A stretch of 64,000 bases of DNA. It comes from the human T2T-CHM13v2.0 reference genome, Homo sapiens. A program made the translations under genes and the position numbers. The notes under the pieces are model-generated. The model did no database searches. It saw nothing but the letters and a program-made list of their open reading frames with translations, and was not told where the DNA came from. Positions 1-12,953 of the stretch are shown in pieces; position 1 is the stretch's first letter, and each line of letters starts with the position of its first letter. The stretch lies in the NCBI RefSeq assembly GCF_009914755.1, contig NC_060925.1. One strand, given 5' to 3'.

Positions 1-312
1 AAAGAAGAAACATATATAATCAACTTAAGAGATCCCACTTTCAAGTAATAAGAAACTTGGAAAGATAAAATGGGAAAAAAGGAAATACATTTATCAAAGA
101 ATTGGTGAATATTTCTTAGAGACTTCCACAAAGTGTTCACTAGATTTATCCTTGGACATTTTAGAACACCAAGAATGAGGAAAAGAATGGTCAATTATCT
201 TGCTCAAGGCTATAAATTTATTAAGTGGTAAACCCAGTTTTTGCTCTCAGGCAGTCTTACTTCTATGCCTATATGCTCAATATCACAATATAGATATTTA
301 TTGGTTACCTAG

Positions 313-683
313 TGTATTAGTCCGTTTTCATACTGCTATGAAGAAATACCCAAGACTGGGTAATTTATGAAAAAAAAAAAAAAAAGAGATTTAATGGACT
401 CACAGTTCCACATGGCTAGGGAGACCTCACAATCATGGCGGAAGGCAAAGGAGGAGCAAAGGCACATTTTACATGGAGGCAGGTAAGAGCACATGTGCAA
501 GGCAGCTGCCCTTTATAAAACCATCAGATCTCATGAGACTTATTCACTATCACAAGAACAGCATATGAAAACCCACCCCCATGATTCAATTGCTTCTCAC
601 CAGGTCCCTCCCACTATACATGGGGATTATGGGAGCTACAATTCAAGATGAGATTTGGGTGGGGACACAGCCAACCCATATCA
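313..683 (-). mobile_element. THE1-family (MaLR) solo LTR
   Basis: Starts TGTATTAGTCCGTTTTCATACTGCTATG and ends GGGGACACAGCCAACCCATATCA; ~370 bp with typical THE1 interior. Confidence 0.85.
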
Positions 684-2608
684 TCAAATATTAGCATCTG
701 TCCATGGAAAAAATATGGCATATTTGCTTGTATTAGAAATGTAAAAATGTAAATGATACTGTCAAAAGTTGAGGGAAAAAGCAAAATAAGTATATTATTT
801 AGAATTAGATAAGTAACAAAATTGAAAAATAAAAACATCAAACCTTGAGATAAAGAGAAGCGAGGTAGTGTACAAGTGATTTAAATCCTTGCCTGCCATA
901 CTGGAGATATCACTTAAAATTGGTAATTTTTACTCTCAGAGGTTGCTGCCAGAAGAATAAACATAAAACATTTAAAGAGAACTTTTCCTCTGGGGAATGG
1001 GACTGGGGTTGAAGAAATGTGGAGCAGGACACTTATTTATTTATTCATTTTTATGGTAAGCTTTTCTATACTATTTGATATGTTATCATTTATATTCTGA
1101 ATTAGTTTAATATAATAATTTTTTGATTTTATGAATACCTATTACAGAATATACAGAGGAGAAATTAACATTTATCAACTATCCTTACTTAATAAGCATT
1201 TTATGTGTGCAAACCTTATCTTCCCAACTGCATTTTAAATACCTGGAGGTAGAGACTGAATTATAGATTATTTGTGGTAATTAGCTTTTCTAGAAGAAAT
1301 ATAATAAAAAAAACCACTTGAGTTAGAATTAGACAATCTTGTTTCAAAACCCACCTCTACCACTTATCATCCATATATCACCAGTGTTTACATTTTGTGT
1401 ATATATTTTTTCTCATTTTCTCTCAAATTGCTATTACAAAACTGAAATCATTCTGTTCATACCATTTTGTAATTTTCTTTGTTTTATAAGATGAACAGAT
1501 TTTTAGTACATTAAGTATCTTTCTACATGTTTTGATATGTACATAGCAGTTCATTCTATGAATATACTACAGAATATGTAACCATCCTTTTTTTGATATC
1601 TTGTTTCCAGTTTTTCACTATTATGAGTCATGGTATGATGAATATCTTGTAGTTAAATCTTTGTGCACACTGTAATCAAACTTTTAAAGAGCCATAGTCT
1701 CCTCCAAATTATCCCTTCTTAAAAGGCCCTTTTTAACAAGCACAGTTTTGAAAATGAAATGGCTGATGTTTATTATAGCTACCATATCATTTTGTGTGTA
1801 AGTAGAAAAAATGTTTTCAAGAGTTGTGCAAGCACTTAATAGCGTATTGAGGCCCTTGTATAATCAACATGCACAGTGTATTTATGTCCATATTGCAGGA
1901 ATTCTTTCAATGCCTGTTAGATGACCAAGAAATAACTGTTGAATGAACAAATGAGGAAGTCCATATGGATCTACCTCTGAACTTCAGTAATTATCTAATC
2001 TTACACAAGTTTCTAACTATTCTGAGTTTGATTTCCTTATTCAGAAATGGGGAAGGGGGATAACATTGTCCAGAATTCCAGAATTGTAATGTTAATTACA
2101 TGAAGTAACATCTGTAAAGACATTTAGCAAAAATGTTTGGTTTGTAGTGCATTCCGCTGAATTAACAACCATGGGAAGGCTGGGACTATGTCTACCTTGA
2201 TCACAGTTATATCACCAGCCCGGTGCCTGAAACATATGAAGTGCTCAGTAAATATTTGTTTAGTGAAAAAAGTTTGAGAGAAGTGTACTAAAATGAAAGA
2301 TACCAGAATTAAAAGAACTAGACTTATTCCTATTTCTAGTTCTATAAATTTGAGTCTTTACTTCTGTAGATGTAGTATCCTCATGAAAACTGAAGTGGAT
2401 GGGCTAGATAATAGTAATCTCATTTATTGACTACTTACCTTATATTTTGCATACATTATTTCTACTCTTCATAATCCTGATAATTATGGATTATTATAAG
2501 GAAATTGCAGCTTAAAGATATTATGTAAACTGACTGGGTTTTCATGACTCCAACAACTGAATTCTTCCTGTTATACTGTTACCTCCCTGTTAATAACCAG
2601 AATCCTCG

Positions 2609-2972
2609 CTTAGTCAGCCCAGGCTGCTATAACAAAGTACCAAAGACTGGATGGCTTACAAATAACAGAAATTTATTTCTCACAGTTCTGGCAACTGGAA
2701 ATCTGAGATCAGGGTGCCAGCATGGTTAAATTCTGGTTCGTAGATGTCCACCTATGAACCTGGTATGCTTCCTGGTTCATAGATGACCATCTTCTCCCTG
2801 TACCCTCACATGGTGGAAGAGCTCTCTGGGATCCTTATTATGACTGCATAAATTCTATTCGTGAGGGCTCCACACTCATAACTTAATCACCCCCAAAGGC
2901 CACAGCTCCTAATACTTTCACACTGGGGGTTAGGGATGAGTTTTGAAGGGATACAAGCATTCAGTTAATAAC
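2609..2972 (-). mobile_element. MLT1A-like MaLR LTR
   Basis: GGCTGCTATAACAAAGTACC...AACAGAAATTTATTTCTCACAGTTCTGG...CATTCAGTTAATAACA motifs. Confidence 0.75.
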
Positions 2973-3179
2973 AAGTCCCCTCCAAGCTCTAAAAGCTCAT
3001 GAATCTGTTTTACTCTACACTGGTTACAAATATATTTACTGGGCCAATCAGTATTTTAAATGTCTGGAAAAAATGGCAGGGAAAAATATTGGTCTAACCA
3101 TCTTGTAAAGAAGTATTATTTTGTTATATGTTACCCTGGAACTTATCATTACTTGGAATCCCCTCCATCTCTGTAATAA

Positions 3180-3545
3180 TAAGATTATAATGCCAATCTG
3201 TCTGTTAGATTTCTTGTTTTGGTCACTTATTGCTTTTCTCATTTCATTTAATTGTTTCACTGTATTTTCTTGAAGTTCACCAAGCCTCCTTAAAAATTAT
3301 TTTGAATTCTTTGTCAGGTAGTTCATACATCTCCATTTCTTTAGGATCAGTGACTGGTGCTTTATTTTCTCCCTTTGGTGATGTCATGTTTCCTTGAATG
3401 TTCTTGATCCTTGTGTCTATGTGGTGGTCTATGCATTTGAAGAAGTGAGTACTATTCCAGTCTTTGGAGACTGGCTTTGTCTGGGAAAGCCTTTCACTGT
3501 CAGCTCTCCAGAGATGCTGAGCAGACCATCTAGTGACTGGAATAA
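3180..3545 (-). mobile_element. Old L1 fragment (5'UTR/ORF1 start)
   Basis: Translation IKNIQGNMTSPKGENKAPVTDPKEMEMYELPDKEFKII resembles an L1 ORF1p N-terminus; similar to 38070-38430. Confidence 0.75.
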
Positions 3546-3708
3546 TACCTTTAGTTTTCACAATTGTTTTCCACTGCCTCCTCTCCTTAAAGCTCTCCCA
3601 TTTGCTGATTCTCAATACATTGCACTTTCTGTCTCTTTGGAACCCATAGTCCACACATTTATCTTTCAGTCTCTGACTGTATTCACTTTTTTTTCCATGC
3701 TTAGATTC

Positions 3709-4131
3709 TGTAATGGTCAATTTTATATGTCAATTTGGCTGGGCCACAGTGCCCAGATATGTGGTCAAACATTATTCTGGATGTTTCTGTGGGGGTGTTT
3801 TTGGATGATATTAACATTTAAATATCTGGACTTTGAATAATGAGGATTGCCTCCATAATGTGGGTAGGCCTTATATAGTCAGTTTAAGGCTTGAATAGAA
3901 AAAACAATAAAAGACTAACATACTTGTTAGTAGGAGGAAATTTTGCGACCAGATGACTATTGGGCTTGAACTGCAGTATTGGCTCTTCCCTCGGTCTTAA
4001 GTTTGCCAGCCCACCCTGCAGATTTTGGACTTGCCAGCCTTTTTTATTGGGTAAACAAATTCCTTAAAATAAATGTACACACTATTTATATGAAAGCGAT
4101 TCTGTTTCTCTAGAGAACACTGACTGATACA
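3709..4131 (+). mobile_element. MLT2 (ERVL) solo LTR
   Basis: TGTAATGGTCAATTTTATATGTCAA...GTGGTCAAACATTATTCTGGATGTTTCTGTG...CTGACTGATACA. Confidence 0.8.
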
Positions 4132-4516
4132 GATTTCATGGTCCATTACTTCAACAAACCCATTTCTTGCTGGTATCCTCAGTTCCCTCTCCCTGTTTAT
4201 CTTTCAGTCACACCTGCCAGGAAAAAATCTCAGCCCTGGTTGGGTCTCACTCTGTTTTTTGCATCTGTGCTACTGAGCATGGCTGGAGAAAAGTCCCACA
4301 GCTGAATACGTTGGTGCCATGACAAATTCATAATTTCTAACTTCAAATGGAAACTCACTTTTTGGTGATTATAGAGCTTCTATGGTTAGTTTTCTGTGTT
4401 CTACAACAGTTATTTTAAACCATCTCTACTCTCTTTAATTATTTGACCCCTTCCTTTCCCTTCTCACTCTTAAAACGTGGTCTTGTCTCTTTATTTTATA
4501 AAGAAAATAAAAATCA

Positions 4517-4885
4517 TACCATGGAATACTACTCAGCCATAAGTAAGAATGAAATAATGTCTTTTGCAGCAACTTGGATGGAACTGGAGGACATTATTCT
4601 GGGTGAGTTAACTCAGGAATTGAAAACCAAATGCCGCATGTTCCCACTCATGAGTGGGAGCTAATCTATGGGTACACAAAAGCATACAGAGTAGTATAAT
4701 GGACACTGAAAACTCAGAAGCAGGGAGGAAGTAAGGAGGGTGAGGAATGAAAAACTACCTACTTGGTATAACATATACTACTCAGGTGGCTGGTGCATTA
4801 ACATTCTAGACTTTAGCACTATGTAATTCATCCCTGTAACAAAAAACCACTTGTATCCCTAAAGCTATTGACATAAAAAATTAAC
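4517..4885 (+). mobile_element. 5'-truncated L1 3' end (L1PB-like)
   Basis: ORF2 C-terminus TMEYYSAI..MSFAATWMELE plus 3'UTR; flanking TSD AAAGAAAA(T/G)AAAAATCA. Confidence 0.85.
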
Positions 4886-5006
4886 AAAGAAAAGAAAAAT
4901 CAACAAGTCAAAATTCCTAAACTTTCATGGAATCACAAACTTGCTGGCATTTATTTGCATTCATGTTTTCTTTCTGTTACATAGAAAAGTGTTCATCTAA
5001 GCATAA

Positions 5007-5558
<552 letters not shown>

Positions 5559-5904
5559 ATAGTTAGTATTCTTGAAAAATTTATCTTTTTATGTTTCTAC
5601 TTATTTTCCTTATATTCCTCAACCCATTCCATTGACCGTCACTGACCACCATGTTACCAAATCATCAGGTGCTTTTCAGCACTTATCTTACTGGGCTTCT
5701 CAGAAATACTTGACGATAATTACCTCCTCTTTCTTGCAGCATGTTCTTTCCTAGCTTTTGTGACACCATACATACCTGGTTTTCGATCTACCTCTCTGAC
5801 TGCTTCTTTCGATTCTCCTTTTTAGTTAGTTTTTTTTTTTTAACTTTTGCCATTTTAAAAAATGTTGCTGTTCCTCAGGGTCTGTCCTAGACTAGTTCTC
5901 CATC

Positions 5905-6202
5905 TTTTTTTTTTTCTGATACGGAGTTTCTTTCTGTCGCCCAGGCTGAAGTGCAGTGGTGTGATCTCGGCTCACTGCAACCTCCGCCTCCTGAGTTCAA
6001 GTGATTCTCCTGCCTCAGCCTCCTCAGTAGCCAGGACTACAGGCACACGCCACCAGGCCCGGCTAATTGTTTTTGTATTTTTTGTAGAGACGGGGTTTCA
6101 CCATGTTGGCCAGGCTGGTCTCGGTCCCCTGACCTCAGGTAATCTGCCCACCTTGGCCTCCCAAAGTGCTAGGATTACAGGCATGAGCCACTGCACCCGG
6201 CC
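5905..6202 (-). mobile_element. Alu (S-type)
   Basis: Full dimer; TSD AGTT(C/T)TCCATCTT. Confidence 0.95.
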
Positions 6203-7215
6203 AGTTTTCCATCTTCTTCTTCCCGTATGTCCTGAAGAATAATCTCATCTACTCTATGGCTTTGATTACTATTGATATGTTGATATTTTCCATTTACATA
6301 TAAAATCTGAACCTATCACCTGAACTCCAGACCCATGAAACCAATTGCCAAAAAGATATCAGTTTTTGAAGCCTCAAAGGCACCTCCAACTCAGTGTAGG
6401 TAAAACTGAATTTGTCATCTCCTCTCACTACAGTGAGCCTCCTTTGTGCTTTCATCTCAGTGATGACACCACTATCCACTCAGTTTCCCCAACTATAAAT
6501 CTAATATCATCTTTTATCTCCTTCTCTCCATCATCTCTTCAATATATTACCAACTTCTACTGATTTTAATTCTCGAATATATTCATTGCTCTCTTTCCCC
6601 ACCCCCACTATCCTAGCTGGGCCATCATTGTCTCTTATGGAACTACTGTAATAGCCTTCTAATGTTTTCCTTGTTTCCGTTGTGACCCTCTCCAACCCAT
6701 TCTCCACACTGCAGCCTGAGTGATCCTCATAAACTGTCAATCTGGTTAATCACTTCGCTGCTTAAAATGACAATGATTTTTTGTTGCCCTCAAGATAAAC
6801 TTAATATGGTTTGCAAGGCCCTCATAAACCTTGCTAACTTCATGTTTTCCATGTATCTCTTGGTATTCTAGGTTCTAGTCAGATTTAATGCTTACTTCCT
6901 TGAACCCAATGTGCTTTCTCTTGCCTCCGGACTTAATTTCACTCTTTCTTTTCCTGTTCACCAGGGTAACTTCCTCCCTATCCTCAGGTTTCAGCTTTAA
7001 CACCAGTTACCTTAGGGAAGCCTTTGTTGACCCCGCTAAACTGAGTTAGATATTTCTGTTGTTATTAACTCTGAGCTTCTCTGACCATTGCATTCGTAGC
7101 AAGATGGTGTGAAATTCATCTCACTAGCCTACTTCTACCCATCTCCTCTTTACATATGGTCAGGGATGAAACCTGGGGATTGACTTGGTCATGGTCCACA
7201 TGTTAAAGCTAATGT

Positions 7216-7575
<360 letters not shown>

Positions 7576-8132
7576 TCATAAGAAATAGGGTCAAAGTAAT
7601 GTTAATAGGAGGAATAAAATTGACATATATATACCAGAAAAGGAGGCTTTCATAAGGAAAATAATCCTCATAGTAATGAATTGCATTTGAACTCAAGTGC
7701 ATGAGAAAACCAGCCACAACCTGGAGTTAAAATCTCACTTCTGTTTCTCACTTCACCCACACCCCAACAATACATGGGACAAGAACTCATCTTTCCCTCC
7801 ACCTATGCCTGCATTCTCATCCCACTAAGGGGCACTGACAGATGCTAAGACCAGTGCTCACTGTAATTCCCAGGTAGAACTTAAATAGATGGAGAAGAAA
7901 TAATGCCTCAGTAATGCCCAAGGTTGAGGAATTTTCAAGATACAAGAAAGGACTTAGGGATTCAATATTCAGAAGGGAGGGCTGCATATTTCACAGATAG
8001 GCAATAGAGGCCCTCAACAGAAAAGAGCTATAAAGGATATATTAGTTCACTCATTTAATATGTATCTATTGAGTGTCTGCATTGTGCATCTAATTCTCAT
8101 GAGTCCTTGAGTCATATTTTAGCATGAAGTTA

Positions 8133-8447
<315 letters not shown>

Positions 8448-10033
8448 TTATTGAAATAAAAAAAAGTATAAAGCCAACTAAGGCAAAATATTGTAACCAA
8501 TTAATGAGTAGTGAAGATAATAGATGTTTGTCTTAGAATCTCAATGAAGAGAGAGATCATTGTGTGTCAGAGTGATTAGGGAAAGATTTTAGGGAGGAGG
8601 TGGGACTCAGCCTAGGTCTTATAAACTGCATAGAAATTGTCCAGATAGCCAGGAAGGAGAGAAGCACTTCAAATAGATAAAAGTATGCCAATATGTCCTT
8701 GAAGTAAAGACAATCATAAGGCATCATAATGACAACAAATAGACTAGTCTGGTTTGAGCACATTCTTGGCTGCAGAAGTTATCATGGGAGCCAGGGTTTA
8801 AAAGGTGAATTGACACTAAATAGTGGAGGGCCTTAAATTCCAAACTGAAAATCTTGGATTTTATCTTGCAGAAATTGCCACACAATTTTTTTTAAAAGAA
8901 GAGTGGTGACAAATCAGATTTTTAAAATCTTTTGTTATTTGAATTCCTGTCATGGATGTTTTAAGGGTTCAGAAAATGATAACCTGCTCAAAAATCTATC
9001 TTTTGGGTTAGTTTCAGATCATGGCATGTGACTGTCAGCTCTTTACTAACAAGGGAAAAGTGCTTATTACATATTGCATAGATTATAATATTTGACAGAG
9101 TATACTTGCTGAAAAAACTTATAATTACCATGACAATGCAAATATTAGCAATGTGCAATTAGTGCAGAAGATGGAGCAGAGGTGGGTGCTTACAGTACTT
9201 AAGTACTGACTACTGAATTTTAGTTTGAGTGGGACCCAATTCTAGAACTCAGTTTAGTTTTCTCTTCAGAAAAGAAAGAGAATAATTAAATGTATATGTC
9301 AAGTTCATAAATAGAGGGACAATGATCTTTGGTAGTACCAGGGTCAAAGAAAATGGGGTAGGTTTAGGGTATTTTCCCTCAGTGAATAAATGTGGGATGA
9401 TAGGAGGGGGCTCTGGGAAGGGGTTTGGGAGACAAATGGAGGGAAGTTCAAAGGTGATTGGGCAGGAAGGGAAGATCTTTGAAGCCGGAACTAGGCTCTG
9501 ATAATCACTTTCATCAGTCATTTATTTTTTCCTTTTTTTGTGTGTGTTAGCTAAAGGTAGAAGTTGATGTTAGGCATTATTTGAGTTTCTTTGAGAGTTT
9601 CTATTGAACAAGCTGAATGCTGGTATTAAAATAATTTTATTTTCAGTCCTGAGAATAACCTTGGTGATAGCTATTCCAGCCTCATAGTTTTAAATACAAA
9701 ATAATGAAGGCCCAGAAACCTTAAGTGGCTTGGACAAGGACATACAGATAGTAAAGTGAAGAAACAAGCCACTGTATGTATACTGCCTGGAACAATGCCT
9801 GGCACATAGCAGGAGCTCAATAAATACTTATTGAGTGAATAAATGAATAAACCCAAGGCTTTTGATTCCTTGTAGCATTCTTTCTACTCTACCATATAAA
9901 TTATGGCAGATTTAATGGGAAAACGATTTATATTTGAGCAACCAGAACCTGCTTGCACAATGTCAAAGGATAATGATCATCATGATACAGATAGGCTTAC
10001 CTAGCAACATAATGCCATCTTACTGATACATAT

Positions 10034-10450
10034 TGTATTAGTTTGCTAGGGCTGTCATAGCAAGGTACCATAGACTAGGTGGCTTGAACAACAGAAATTT
10101 ATTTTCTCACAATTCTGGGATCTAGAAGTCCAAGATCAAGGTGTTGCCTGAGCTGGTTTCTTGAGAGGGCCATGAGGGAAGGACCTGTTCTAGGATTATA
10201 TCCTTAGCTTGTCGATGGCCATCTTCTCCCTGTATCTTAACATCATCTTCTCTCTGTCCATGTTTGTGTCCAAATTTCATCTTCTTATAAGGACATCAGT
10301 CATATTGGATTAGGGCCCAAACTAATAACCTCATTTTAATTTAATTACCTCTATAAATACCATATCTTCAAATATGATTACATTCTGAGGTACTGAGGGT
10401 TAAGACTTCAACACGTGAACCTCTGTGGGGGTTGGGAGGTCACAACACAT
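10034..10450 (-). mobile_element. MLT1 (B/C-like) MaLR LTR
   Basis: TGTATTAGTTTGCTAGGGCTG...CTTATAAGGACATCAGTCATATTGGATTAGGGCCC. Confidence 0.8.
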
Positions 10451-11698
10451 AGAGACCAGCTTTTCTATCACTGCATATTAAACTCTTGATTGCGTTCCCC
10501 AGCAGCAGCCTAAGTGATGCTAATAGAGTTCCCAGTTTATAATTAAGTAGGCAATTGCCCAACAGCCTCCAGGTTCTGCAAATGCATGTGTATCATTCAG
10601 GTGGAGCAGGAGGCTTGGCCTGCATGTTCTCCTGCCAGCATGCTAAAATAACAGCTAGAGGGCACGGGCTGGCTGACACATTTTTTTTTAAACTACATGT
10701 TATTATAACTGTGATGAAACAATACTTTCTTCTTTGGAAATTGGCTTTACCTTCTTGTAAAGTGCTACAAGTCCCCAGGGCTTTGCTTATTTTTACCATA
10801 ATTATCATTGTTAAACTGTAGCTTAGCTGATGAAGTGTATATTTCAGTGGTATCCTGAGGTTGGGCATTTATAAGGAGGCTCTTGAATGAGTACCCATAG
10901 AGGGTCCTGAGGAAAGTCAGTGAAGCTCTTCCAGAATTTCTTTGAAGGTGCTTAAGTAAGAAAAAGAGTATACTTTAGGGGAAAAATAGTTTTGCAGTTA
11001 GAAATCATTTGAAAGAGATGAAATTCCAAGACAATGTCAGGGGATTCCCAGGTTATGTCTTTGGTGGGCATCTGCCATTTGTTAAAGTGAGAGAGAGAGA
11101 AGCTGTGCTTCTTGAAGAAAATGCCATCTTACTCTATCAGAATGATACTCAGGAGCCATAAGCCTAGCTTGTCTCCACCACTGATCAAAATGTTGAGTGA
11201 CTATAACTTTAGGGCATCTTCTCATCATGATCTTAGAAATGACATTGTTTTGATCAGGGCCTTCTTGGGCTTATTTCTAGTTAGTAAACTATGAATACTA
11301 AAAATAAGAATCCAGCAGGCAGCACAGGCGTGTTTGTTATTATCTAATAAATTATTATCTAACAAGATAATAATTTGATACTTCAGCCTGATTACTATTA
11401 AGTACCTTCTGACTCAGTCACCTCATGGATTATGTTGCTTAAATTAACAGGACATCTACAGTTTTTATAGTGCTGATCTGAAGTTTCAGGCCATTTTCTA
11501 TCATTGGCTCATCAGACATCAGAGACTAAGAAGCTGCTGCATTCTCTAAAGGAAATATTAACAAATATTGGGAGCACCAGTATTTGTCATGACCAGTGAG
11601 TCGCTGCAAGAAATGGCATAGAAAGCTGTGGGGTCAAGAACAAAAACACTCTGGAAGGCAATCTCAGTGTGGGGATGGAAATAGAGTTCAGCCTAACT

Positions 11699-11700
<2 letters not shown>

Positions 11701-11732
<32 letters not shown>
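11701..11732. repeat. A32 homopolymer just downstream of the TCHH 3' end
   Basis: 32 consecutive A. Confidence 0.95.
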
Positions 11733-11734
<2 letters not shown>

Positions 11735-11899
11735 TTGGGGAAAAACAAAGAATTCTCTCCCCTCTTTTTTCGTATTTGGACATAGATAAGTAACAAAATG
11801 CCCTTATGTGATTGGGAACTTGTGTTAGTTTCCAGACAATGAGATCTTGTTATGATTGACGCAGAGTTAAAACAGACAAAAGTAGTTACTTGCCAAACA

Positions 11900-11905
11900 T
11901 TTATT
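11900..11905 (-). terminator. TCHH: TCHH polyadenylation signal AATAAA (cleavage ~11880)
   Basis: TTTATT on plus, ~1.05 kb past the stop, followed on the sense strand by U/GU-rich sequence; gives a ~7 kb mRNA. Confidence 0.75.
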
Positions 11906-12953
11906 ATTAATTTTTCACAGTCCAATTATTTCAACAAGAATATATCTAAGGTATTATCAATAGGCCTCAAATGATTGTGGGCAAATGGGTCTTGTCAAAG
12001 GGCCTCTAGAAATTTGCCCCTATGTTCACACATTTTTCCCTTTTACACCCCCAACATGCTCTATGTGATCTCTTATTGGCCCTAGAGTAAGACAGATGTT
12101 TATGGGATTCTGAGCAGCTTCCTTCTAACAAGCTAAAATTAACAAAGGTTCATAATATTCTGAAACTCATCAAAACTTGGGGAAGTAGAATGAACACTAT
12201 AGACTACAACAGACACAGTTTTAAAATTTGAACTCTGAAGTTGAGAAACACCTCATTATTTCTTCATGAGATTATGTGTTTAAGTGGAGTTGAGTTTAAA
12301 AAAAATCTAATTTAAATTCTAAATCTTCAAAGCTAAACCTATTCTTAACAGATATTTCTTCCAGTAATGGGCTGATTTTACAGGAAGTTTTTATGCAGAG
12401 GTCACTCCCCCTGCACTATTCAAGGGTTATAAAAATTTAGTTACCTGGAATTTGTGCTAACTATGCCACAAAAGATGAAATGCTGTTTGGAGGCAATGAT
12501 CAATTTAGGTTCAAGAAGAAATAGCAACTTGAACATTAAAAGTATCTGCACTTTCCACAAGATGGGTCAGTCATTAAACAAACCGACCCATTGTTTAGAA
12601 TCTCAAATCATCCTATTACTCTTGTTACTTCTGAAAGCAATAAATGAACATGTTCCTCAAACAAAATTTCTTAAACAAATTAAATGATTTATATTTTTTT
12701 TAAATGCACACCACATCTGCATCAAAGAGCAAAAGAAAGACATCTTGCAGTAAAGAACTACTTGAGGAAGAATAAAAAGCAGAAGTACAAAGTGCGTAAA
12801 ATGAGCGTAGTTTAAGATTTTGGAAGAAAAGACATTCTAATATCAGAGAGTTTTCCCACAACCAGAAACATCTGAGTTATCACTTGGTACCCAGTGTTTC
12901 TCATTTTCCCGTGCTCGAAGCTTTGGCAGGTGTCAAGATATTGGCAACATCAC

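Noticed and set aside
3180-3545. Inverted similarity to 38070-38430
   Set aside because: Explained by independent copies of related old L1 families
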